From the NCBI GenBank assembly GCA_038060895.1, contig JBBTCT010000024.1, forward strand, positions 160,001-224,000: a stretch of DNA of 64,000 nucleotides, written 5' to 3'. Under the pieces are notes generated by a model, which was given only the letters and a program-made list of their open reading frames with translations, searched no databases and was not told the DNA's origin. Below are positions 41,301 to 49,151 of the stretch, one piece after another; the first letter of the stretch is position 1, and the number at the start of each line of letters is the position of its first letter. Position numbers and translations under genes: made by a program. Source of the stretch: Planctomycetota bacterium (GTDB taxonomy: Bacteria > Planctomycetota > MHYJ01 > WSZJ01).

Positions 41301-41759
41301 GCCGGGATCGAGCAGGAACTCAAAGGGACGCCACGTCGTTCGCTCGACCGCGACCCAGTCTTTCAAGTGCTCGCGAATCGTCGCGACGAATGCCGCGGCA
41401 TCTCGCTCGGGAAGTCCTTCAGCTCCGTACTCCCGGATTCCCATCCAGGCGTCGGGAACCTCCTTGCCATCCTGGGGCGCCGGAAATTTGCCGCGAAACC
41501 CCGGAGTGAGAGCGGCCTTTGCCTTCTCCCAGTCCATCTCGCGAAGGCCCTTCATGAAACTCCGCTTGATCGAACCGTTGGCCGTCTCGTAGGTCGACTC
41601 GGAAAGTTCGACGTCCTTGACAAAGTCCGCCGGGCGCACGAACGGCCGTTCTCCTTCGAGAATCGGCACGCGTTTCTTGAGGACCACCGCGGTAATCAGC
41701 GCTGCAATCCCCACTACTGCCGCGATGACCCCAGCGCCGCGGGCGCTTCGTCGTGTCAT
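38379..41759 (-). CDS. FG-GAP/CRTAC1 - ASPIC/UnbV - thioredoxin(CxxC) - TPR protein with one in-frame TGA (candidate selenoprotein, 1126 aa)
   Basis: ORFs 40002-41759 and 38379-39632 share a frame; manual translation of 40001-39633 has no stop and continues family motifs (SWSGYERD, DVDGDGDLD); WSPTCAPC motif; TPR repeats. Confidence 0.75.
39975..39991 (-). promoter_or_regulatory. Putative bacterial SECIS hairpin
   Basis: GGCGGC-AGGUC-GCCGCC stem-loop starting 10 nt after the in-frame UGA. Confidence 0.6.
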
Positions 41760-41768
41760 TCGCGCATG

Positions 41769-42071
41769 CTAGCCCTGACGGAAAGTCGCTTCAAGCGGAG
41801 TCGGCGCCGGCGCGAGCGTCTTGCGCAGTTCCTCGCGGTTGTCGAGGCGGCCGTGGAAGACGATCGCGAGGTCTCCCTTCACGAACGGCTGGCGCTCGGC
41901 GGCGGCCTCGGGGGTGGTGTGCATCGCCTGGAAGCCGAGGGCGACGGGGCCCGCGGACCAGCGGGCGCTTCCGTCCGGCCCGCGGTGGGCGACGCGGGCG
42001 AGGACGGCGTCGAGCGGCTGGGGGGCGGCGGGCTGGCCGTCGAAGTGGAAGACGCCGGCGATGCCGCTCAT
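41769..42071 (-). pseudogene. Truncated duplicate of the lasso cyclase N-terminus
   Basis: First ~89 aa align colinearly with 36586-38382 (HRGPDG, AMHTTPEA, VFHGRLDNR), then diverge after LAPA and stop. Confidence 0.85.
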
Positions 42072-42176
42072 GGGCGGATTCTACAACCGCGAGGAGATTG
42101 CGGCGCGAGTGGGGAGAGACGGGATGACGGTGGACTCGGTCGAAGACCGATATCAAGAATTTGCATCGCAGCGCGC

Positions 42177-42205
42177 TTGACAGTACGGTTGCCGTGAGAT
42201 ATGTT
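42177..42205 (+). promoter_or_regulatory. Putative sigma70 promoter of the dCTP deaminase
   Basis: TTGACA-N17-TATGTT. Confidence 0.55.
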
Positions 42206-42222
42206 AGTATTCTGTTAGCACA

Positions 42223-43752
42223 ATGGAACGGATCCCCACAACGAAAAGACCAAGCTCCGATACGGGAGATCCGCTTGCCTACCCGGATCCCGAACTCGTG
42301 GTGGCCTTGGTCTACCCTACGGGTACGGACGGCGACGGTTTGCGTAGCAGGATCACAAGGACGCTTCGACGCTTCTCATTCGGAGTCGATCCGATCCGCA
42401 TCAGCGAGATCATCGAGAAACGATGCGGGCGGAAAATTCCAAAACGGCCGCTTCCGGATCGGATCGAGGCGCTGATCCACGAAGGAGATCAGCTCTGTCG
42501 GCCTCCGGATGCTGCACAGCGAGGAGCCGAGTCGAGGGAGAAGATTCTGGCGCTGGCAGCAATCTCAGAAATCGCCTACAACCGGTCCTTCTCCGACGGG
42601 TCCACACCGCAGGCCAGACCAAAGTGCGCCCACCTGGTTTCATCGCTGAAGCGACCGGCTGAGTGCGAAGAATTTCGGCGAGTTTATGGGCCAGGACTCT
42701 TCGTGATCGGAGCGAACACTCCGGTACCGAATCGCGTGAAACGACTCATGCGCGGAGGGGCGAGTCTCAATCGCGCCCGGGCGCTGGTTGCTCGGGATAT
42801 GGAAGAATCCGCCGCCGGGGGCCAGAAGCTCCAGAAGACGATGCAGATGGCTGATGCGTTCATCCTGCTTGGCGACGGAGACTACGAGAATGCTGTCGAT
42901 CGGGTGTTCGACCTGATCTTTGGAGCACCCTTTGTCACCCCGGATCGTGATGAGCATGCGATGTTTCTCGCGTTTTCGGCCTCGTTGCGTTCGGCCTCGC
43001 TTTCCCGGCAAGTGGGGGCAGCGCTTCTTGACGACAATGGAGAGCTCATCGGAGTCGGATGCAACGATGTCCCTGCGTTTGGCGGCGGTCTCTACTGGCC
43101 TGGTCCGGGAGATAACCGGGACCATTGCTCTTCAGGCCTGGACACGAACAGGAAGGTCCTCGGTGAGATCATCGACGACGTCGCGGATCGCCTCGACGTG
43201 AGACGTGAGACTGTTCGCGCCAGGCTCAAGGGCGCTCCCATCGAAGACATCACCGAGTTCGGACGCGCCGCGCACGCCGAAATGGAAGCGATCCTTTCAG
43301 CGGCACGCTCGGGGGCCAGGCCCCGGGGTGGAACGCTGTACACCACGACGTTCCCTTGTCATAACTGCACCCGACACATCATTGCTTCAGGTGTGAGACG
43401 AGTCGTGTACGTGGAGCCATACCCTAAGAGTCGCGCTCGCGAGTTGCATGCGGATGCGGTCTGGTAGACGGAATTTCAGGGTCAGCCCACCGCAAAGAGC
43501 CGAAAAACGAGGGTAGTGTTTGAGCCATTCGTCGGGATCGGGCCTCGGCGATACTTCGATCTCTTCTCCGTGAGCCACGGTTCAGGAGAGCAGTTGCGCA
43601 GAAAAGCAGAAGACGGTGTTCGGAAGGTGGACTGGAGGAGAGAGGGAGCAAGAATCAGATGCCCGATGCTTCCGAATTCCTATCTTGGCCGTGAAGAGGT
43701 GGCTGCCAAGCGTTTCCTGGCGTTGCAGCATCAGTCGAGGATGCCCTCATGA
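42223..43752 (+). CDS. Anti-phage dCTP/dCMP deaminase (AvcD-like, P-loop-like plus deaminase domain) interrupted by an in-frame TAG at 43465-43467
   Basis: SLKRP.E, LSRQVGA, HAEMEA, TTFPCHNC, YVEPYPKS; after the TAG the same frame gives FEPFVGIGPRRYFDLF. Confidence 0.82.
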
Positions 43753-43934
43753 ACGGCAAGTCGAAGTCCTTGAACAAGGAGCAGGCGAAGTATCTTGCGT
43801 TCCTCAGGAGAGCGGCCGATCGGGTCGATGCGTGGCCGGATTGGATGCGCGGCGATCGACCACACCCTGCGAAAGGGAGTGGGGTCGCGAAGTCACTGCG
43901 AGGCGAAGGTTCACGCAGCCGAACGGTGACGTAG
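43749..43934 (+). CDS. Small hypothetical protein coupled to the deaminase
   Basis: ATGA overlap with the deaminase tail stop, GAGG RBS, RVDAWPDWMR motif. Confidence 0.55.
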   Translation: MNGKSKSLNKEQAKYLAFLRRAADRVDAWPDWMRGDRPHPAKGSGVAKSLRGEGSRSRTVT

Positions 43935-43978
43935 AGGCGCCGGGCACCGGAGGCAGGAATCCCACCGACGGCTCGAAC

Positions 43979-44182
43979 ATGAGCGCCGTGCAGGCGGCCG
44001 AGCTTATCGGCATCTCGCGCGCTGCTGTTCACAAGGCGGTTCATGCAGGGAAGATCCAGGCGCTCCGGATCGGCAACGTCACGGTGATCAACAGGAAGTC
44101 CGCCGTTGAATACCTGCGGAATCGTGAGTCGGTCATGCGAGCTCGAGCGTCGCGCGGGAAAGCACGTAAGGCCCTGGGATAG
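43979..44182 (+). CDS. Excisionase-like HTH protein; partial duplicate of 45332-45853
   Basis: SAVQAAELIGISRAAVHKAV; DNA similarity to the paralog begins upstream of the ATG. Confidence 0.6.
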   Translation: MSAVQAAELIGISRAAVHKAVHAGKIQALRIGNVTVINRKSAVEYLRNRESVMRARASRGKARKALG

Positions 44183-44206
44183 CGGTTCGACACGCCTGAT
44201 TGGCGA

Positions 44207-44635
44207 TCACCGTCCTCCTTCAAGCGGCGGGTAGACCGCGCGCAGCGCCGCACTCTCCCCGATCGCCTCCCCGCCGACCTCCACCCACGCGTGCGCCTCG
44301 ATCCCTTTGCCGGCGCGCTTTGCGCCGAAGCGGATGCGGCCGTCGATGCCGAGGCGGCGGAGGAGGGCGAAGAGGACGAGGGCGCGGGGGACGCAGGAGG
44401 CGCGGGGGAGGGAGCGGCGGGCGACGCCCATGGTGACGCGGGCGGTTTCGCGGGCGCGGGCGAGAACGTCCACGCCTTTCGGCCCTGCTTTTTTCAGCGG
44501 CGCGAGAGTGGCGAGCATGGACTTGACCTTGCCGAAGCCGAAGACGCGGAGGGCGGGGACGACGAGGGCCTGGAGGGCGGCGGCTTTGGCGGCGAGGGTG
44601 CGGTCTGCTGGGGAGAGATCGCGAAGGCGGGGCAT
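44207..44635 (-). CDS. Lasso peptide leader peptidase (B2, transglutaminase-like)
   Basis: SCVPRAL and AHAWVE catalytic Cys/His motifs, 142 aa. Confidence 0.92.
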   Translation of the reverse strand: MPRLRDLSPADRTLAAKAAALQALVVPALRVFGFGKVKSMLATLAPLKKAGPKGVDVLARARETARVTMGVARRSLPRASCVPRALVLFALLRRLGIDGRIRFGAKRAGKGIEAHAWVEVGGEAIGESAALRAVYPPLEGGR

Positions 44636-44735
44636 GGGGAGGATTCTAGCCCGTCTTTAGGTGGATTGGAGTGAGTGGGGATTCGCCGAGACAGGCTGTA
44701 GGATTGAACTGAATCAAATTCTTTAATAAATGGCA

Positions 44736-44763
44736 TTGACAGGACGATCCTCTGAAGTATAAC
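44736..44763 (+). promoter_or_regulatory. Sigma70 promoter
   Basis: TTGACA-N16-TATAAC with AT-rich upstream sequence. Confidence 0.6.
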
Positions 44764-44794
44764 TTAAACCGAACATTCAATCGGAGAAGGTGGC

Positions 44795-45160
44795 ATGCCC
44801 GATCGCATCGTCTTCAACGTCGCGATTCCTCGGACCGACGAATTCACAGGCCAGAGGCACAGCCCTCAGAAGTCGCGTTCCTGGTTCTGGCGAACGGCCG
44901 AGCTGGAGTTCTGCCGCGGAGGGTCTCAGATCGGCGTGGCCATCCTCGGCCTCTGGTTTGAACACGGCCTCCCTCCGGGGGCAGCGCCCGTTCAGGACTT
45001 TTGCGACTGGTACAAGTTCGCCGTGCCCCCGGACCGGGTCGAAGATCTGGGAAAGCATGTTGAACTCGCGACGCAGGAGTTTGGTCAGAAATGCATCTAC
45101 CTCGAGCGCGCTGGCGAGGCCGACTTCATCGCGAATCCGAACTATCGTTCGGCAGGGTAG
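44795..45160 (+). CDS. Hypothetical protein (121 aa)
   Basis: Own promoter and GGAGAAGG RBS; EFGQKCIY motif; protein-like composition. Confidence 0.7.
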   Translation: MPDRIVFNVAIPRTDEFTGQRHSPQKSRSWFWRTAELEFCRGGSQIGVAILGLWFEHGLPPGAAPVQDFCDWYKFAVPPDRVEDLGKHVELATQEFGQKCIYLERAGEADFIANPNYRSAG

Positions 45161-45241
45161 AAAGGCCTGGTGGTTCGACACGCTTGTTCCCTGGGGTTGC
45201 TCCCTTCAGTCGCTACTCACGGAATCAAAGCTGTCTCGCCA

Positions 45242-45290
45242 CAGGGTTGACAATATTCAACCATTGCCTTAGTATACAAAAGTCAACCTG
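45242..45290 (+). promoter_or_regulatory. Promoter with overlapping inverted-repeat operator
   Basis: TTGACA(45247)-N17-TAGTAT; GGTTGA..TCAACC and GGTTGAC..GTCAACC inverted repeats. Confidence 0.6.
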
Positions 45291-45331
45291 CTGCCAGTGA
45301 GACCTGAACCACTTCGACGGGAGCTCTTCGG

Positions 45332-45853
45332 ATGAAGACTTACACCTTGCTCGACGGTACCAGGCTCGATCTTCGCGAGCTCTCTCCGGCGGATCACGCC
45401 TTTCTCCGCAACCTGCACCGGATGGTCCGTCAGGATATCCTTTGCTTCGAGATCGAGCGGGTGGCCATCGGACCCGGGTCTCCGGCGTTGCGCGGCCGTC
45501 AGACAATCGATCGCAGAACGGCCGGTCAGCCGCTTTACCGTGTCGCGGAGGACATCGTCGACAGGGCCGGCATCCGGCAGGGGTTGACTCTCGCCCCCGA
45601 GTTCGAGCACCTGCAAAACCAGTTCCCCACGGACTGCTCTCACATCAGCGCCGTGCAGGCGGCCGATCTCATCGGCATCTCGCGGGCTGCCGTGTACAAG
45701 GCGATTCATGCAGGAACGCTGCAGGCGCTTCACATCGGCAACGTCACGGTCGTCAACAAGAAGTCGGCCGTGGAGTATCGGCGGCGAAGGGAGACGGCCG
45801 CCACGCCACCGGTCCCTGCGCGAGCGCGAAAAGCGCGCGCGGCACGAGGGTAG
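45332..45853 (+). CDS. Two-domain protein with a C-terminal excisionase-like HTH
   Basis: SAVQAADLIGISRAAVYKAIHAG..IGN. Confidence 0.8.
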   Translation: MKTYTLLDGTRLDLRELSPADHAFLRNLHRMVRQDILCFEIERVAIGPGSPALRGRQTIDRRTAGQPLYRVAEDIVDRAGIRQGLTLAPEFEHLQNQFPTDCSHISAVQAADLIGISRAAVYKAIHAGTLQALHIGNVTVVNKKSAVEYRRRRETAATPPVPARARKARAARG

Positions 45854-45859
45854 TCCGCC

Positions 45860-48271
45860 TCACGGCCCGGCCGCTTCATCCCGTAACCGCGCCGCCTCGG
45901 CATCCCCCGGCACGGACGCGAGGTAACCGCGAAGCACCTCGACCGCTTCGGCGCGTCTCCCCGCGCCGATCAACGCCCGCGCGAGGATGATCACCGCCCC
46001 CCGCCGGCCCGGCTGGGACGCCAGCGCGGCCCGCGCGTCGTCGATCGCGGGCTGCCAGAGCTTTTCATTGAGGTAGAGGTTCGCGCGGCGCGTCAGCAGG
46101 AGCGGATCGCCGGGGTGCGAGGCCAGCGCGTCCGTCACCGCCTGCGCGGCCGCCAGCCGGTCGCCCTGCGCTTCCAGGAAATCCGCGACGAGGCACGGGC
46201 CCTCCATGTTCGCGGGGTCCAGCCTGGCCGCGATCCGCGCGTTCACGAGCGCGGCGTCCCACGCTTCGAGCTTGCCCCACGCCCGCGCGGCGGCGGCATG
46301 CGCGGCCGCGTCCGACGTCACCGCGAGCCGGGCCTCCCGCACCGTCGCCTCCAGCCCCCACTGCCCCGCTTCCCCGAACGCCTCCGCCAGCGCGTCGTAC
46401 CCCGGCGCGTTTTCGCGCGACGCCGGCACCAGCCGCCAGAACACCGCCGCCGCTTCCTCCCACCGCCCGCGCCGCGCCAGGAACACCGCCAGCCTGCCGC
46501 CCGCCGCGGGCGTCGGCATCAGCGCTTCCCACTCCACCACCGGTCCGTCGATCCCCAGCCGCTCCAGCGCTTCCTCCACCGTCCCCGGCTCCCCCTCGAA
46601 CGCCCGCCGCAGACACACCCCCGCCGGCCCGCGCTTGCCCTCTATCCAGAGCCAGATCCCCGCTTCGATTTGCGTCTCCGGATTCGCGGGCCACAGCGAA
46701 GCGGCGGTCTCGAAGCGTTTGGCGGCGAGGTCGAAGTCGTCGCGGCGTTCGGCGGCGCGGGCGAGGTACCAGGCGGCGTCGGCGTCGCAGGGGGAGAGGC
46801 GGAGGATTTTGTGAAGGGCGAGCTCGGCGGCGGCGGGGTCGAGTTTCGAAGCGGCGCGGGCCTTGTCTTCGGGGTCGAGGCCTGCGAAGGCGAGGGTGGC
46901 GGCGAGGGCAAGCGTGACGAGGGCGGCGGCGGCCCAGGCGGCGCGCGGGAAGGGGCAGGAGGCGCTGGAGAACGCGGGGGCGAGGCCGAGCAGCACGGCG
47001 AACAGGAGGCCGACGCCCGTGATGCGCAGGTCGAAGTCCACGAGCGCGTGCACGGCGGCGGCCAGCACGGCGGCGACGGCGGCGCTCGCGGCCGCGCGCT
47101 CCGCGCCGTCCAGCGTCGGCAGGCCGCGCACCGCGCGCACGCCCCAGAATGCGAGCCCGGCGACGAGGAGAAGCGCCCACGCGGCGCCTCCTTCGAAGAG
47201 GGCGTTCACGTACTCGCTGTGGGCGTGCCGGAACTGGCCGGGGAGTGACGGCGGCTGGAACGGGCGGAAGGCGCGCGGGTAAGAGCCGAGGCCGAAGCCG
47301 AGGACCGGCTGGCGCGCGGCGGCGGAGAGCGTGGCCTTCCAGCAGACGACGCGCGTGTCCTGGGTGAGGTCGCTGCCTTCCATGCTTTCGAACCGCTCGA
47401 TCAGCGGCTCGGCGTTGGCGGCCCAGATCGTCACGCCCGCGGCGAGCGCGAGCGCGGCGCCGCCGGCGACCGCCGCGCCGCGCGTCCGCCGCTGCCACAC
47501 GAACGCGAGCGCCACTACGCCGGCGACGGCCGCCAGCGCACCGCCGCGCGACCGCGACAGGACGATCGCGGCCGCGAAGAGCGCGGCCGCCAGCGCCCAC
47601 GACAGCCCCGATTCCAGGAGCGCGATTTTCCCCGCGTCGCGCCGCCGGGACGTCCACCGCCCCCACGCCGCCCCGGCCGCGAGCGCGACCCCCATCGCCA
47701 TCAGCCCCGCGAAGTTGTTCCGGTTCACCAGCGTCCCGCTCGCGCTCTCCAGGTCGAAGCGCTTTCCGAAAAACGGCAGGGTCTCGAAGCGAAATCCGGT
47801 CTGGGCGACCGCGTAGGTGGCCTGGAGGGCGAGGACGACGAGGATGGAGTTCAGCGCCAGGCTGCGTCGCAGGCCGGCCTGCGTAAGCCGGAGGGTCAGG
47901 AGTGCAGCGAGCGCGTAGGCGGCGACCTGCGCGGCCTGCCGGACCGTGAGGAAGGCGTCGGCGGTCCCGGGGCCCGCGCCCGCGGCGCCGTGCGAGGCGC
48001 GCAGGGCGGAGGTCCAGGGGAACAGAAAGCCCAGGCCGGGCGCAAGCTGGAGGACGAGGAGGAGTGCGACGCCGGCGAGGAACGCGACGGCCGGGCGCGA
48101 GAGGAGCAACGGACCGGGGAGCAGGAACATCGCGGCGACGTTCAGGCACGCCATCCAGGCGGCGAGCGTCGCCACCGCTGCGGGGGAGACGCCGCCGTAG
48201 ACGGCCAGCGAGCCGGCCCAGCCGAGCAGGCCGGCCAGCCAAAGGGTTGAGACGCGCGTCGAGACCGACAT
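45860..48271 (-). CDS. O-antigen ligase family membrane protein with C-terminal TPRs
   Basis: GTLVNRNNFAG, SRSRGG, GFGLGSY, HAHSEY, HALVDF; helical repeats. Confidence 0.88.
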   Translation of the reverse strand: MSVSTRVSTLWLAGLLGWAGSLAVYGGVSPAAVATLAAWMACLNVAAMFLLPGPLLLSRPAVAFLAGVALLLVLQLAPGLGFLFPWTSALRASHGAAGAGPGTADAFLTVRQAAQVAAYALAALLTLRLTQAGLRRSLALNSILVVLALQATYAVAQTGFRFETLPFFGKRFDLESASGTLVNRNNFAGLMAMGVALAAGAAWGRWTSRRRDAGKIALLESGLSWALAAALFAAAIVLSRSRGGALAAVAGVVALAFVWQRRTRGAAVAGGAALALAAGVTIWAANAEPLIERFESMEGSDLTQDTRVVCWKATLSAAARQPVLGFGLGSYPRAFRPFQPPSLPGQFRHAHSEYVNALFEGGAAWALLLVAGLAFWGVRAVRGLPTLDGAERAAASAAVAAVLAAAVHALVDFDLRITGVGLLFAVLLGLAPAFSSASCPFPRAAWAAAALVTLALAATLAFAGLDPEDKARAASKLDPAAAELALHKILRLSPCDADAAWYLARAAERRDDFDLAAKRFETAASLWPANPETQIEAGIWLWIEGKRGPAGVCLRRAFEGEPGTVEEALERLGIDGPVVEWEALMPTPAAGGRLAVFLARRGRWEEAAAVFWRLVPASRENAPGYDALAEAFGEAGQWGLEATVREARLAVTSDAAAHAAAARAWGKLEAWDAALVNARIAARLDPANMEGPCLVADFLEAQGDRLAAAQAVTDALASHPGDPLLLTRRANLYLNEKLWQPAIDDARAALASQPGRRGAVIILARALIGAGRRAEAVEVLRGYLASVPGDAEAARLRDEAAGP

Positions 48272-48465
48272 GGGCTAGATTCTCTCCTGAAAACCCCTTT
48301 CCTGGCCGGTCCGTATTCCTCTCAATGCTCTTTCACTCGCGACTTGTCTTTGCTTTCGCTCTTCAACCGCAAGCCCCGTATGAATTACCGTTTGACTCAG
48401 GGTACCCGCGGATCATTCAATGGCCGTTCTGCACCCGGGGAATTTCACGCGGAGGGGACCCACCC

Positions 48466-49113
48466 ATGTTCAAGTCCATGTCCGCCGCAGGCGCCCTTCT
48501 CGCCGCGGCCGCTTCCGTGTCGCACGTCGATTTCACCGCGGACGGCGTCGCCGTCGGGGGCAAGCCCGTCACCCAGGAGGCCCTCCAGCTCCGCGAAGCC
48601 AACGGCAGCACAGTCCTCGCTTCACGGAATAAGGTGGAAGCCCTTTCCGGCGTGATCGAAGTTTCACTCGCCGGCGATCGCAAAATCATGCTCGAGCCGG
48701 GCGTCCGCCTCGGGCGGGCCGGAGAAGCGTGGGAAGTCTCGACGCACGGGATGCGCCGTGTGGAACTGACGACGACGGGCGGCTCGATGATCGTTGCCAG
48801 CCCGGTTCGTCTGACGGCCGCAGACGGCGGGTGGCGCACCCACGACGGCGGCGTGCTCGAAGGCGTGGACATCTCCGCCGGCCTCGCCGCCGACCTGGGC
48901 GTCCGCCGCGTCGCCGAATCCTTCGATGTCCCGCCGGACGGCGACCACGACGACATGCTCCTCACCCCCCGCCAGCGCCGGGAGAAGCTCAAGGAAAAGC
49001 TCGCCCGCAAGCTCGAAACGCGGCGCCTCTTTATGGACGACCTGATGCCCGCCGCCGAAGCCGTCGATGAGAAGGCCCTGAAGCGCGTCAAGGAAGTCAG
49101 TCCGGCCGGTTAA
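48466..49113 (+). CDS. Hypothetical exported protein
   Basis: ATG 48466 with GGAGG RBS, signal-like N-terminus, beta-rich body. Confidence 0.7.
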   Translation: MFKSMSAAGALLAAAASVSHVDFTADGVAVGGKPVTQEALQLREANGSTVLASRNKVEALSGVIEVSLAGDRKIMLEPGVRLGRAGEAWEVSTHGMRRVELTTTGGSMIVASPVRLTAADGGWRTHDGGVLEGVDISAGLAADLGVRRVAESFDVPPDGDHDDMLLTPRQRREKLKEKLARKLETRRLFMDDLMPAAEAVDEKALKRVKEVSPAG

Positions 49114-49151
49114 TAGAGCACATTTCCTCTTTCCAGGCGTCCTGCGGAGGA

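Noticed and set aside
39435-42197. 920-aa + strand ORF
   Set aside because: Antisense shadow of the FG-GAP gene in high-GC DNA; no recognisable motifs.
42072-42222. AvcI-like antitoxin RNA upstream of the deaminase
   Set aside because: The region is short, holds two divergent promoters, and the predicted leader is only about 10 nt.
40002-43467. Genome-wide stop-codon reassignment explaining the in-frame TGA and TAG
   Set aside because: TGA and TAG end many conserved genes here at expected positions (e.g. wecB, tig, clpP, typA), so any recoding must be site-specific.
43465-43467. Pyrrolysine at the deaminase TAG
   Set aside because: No pyl genes in the window, and the position is in a linker rather than an active site.
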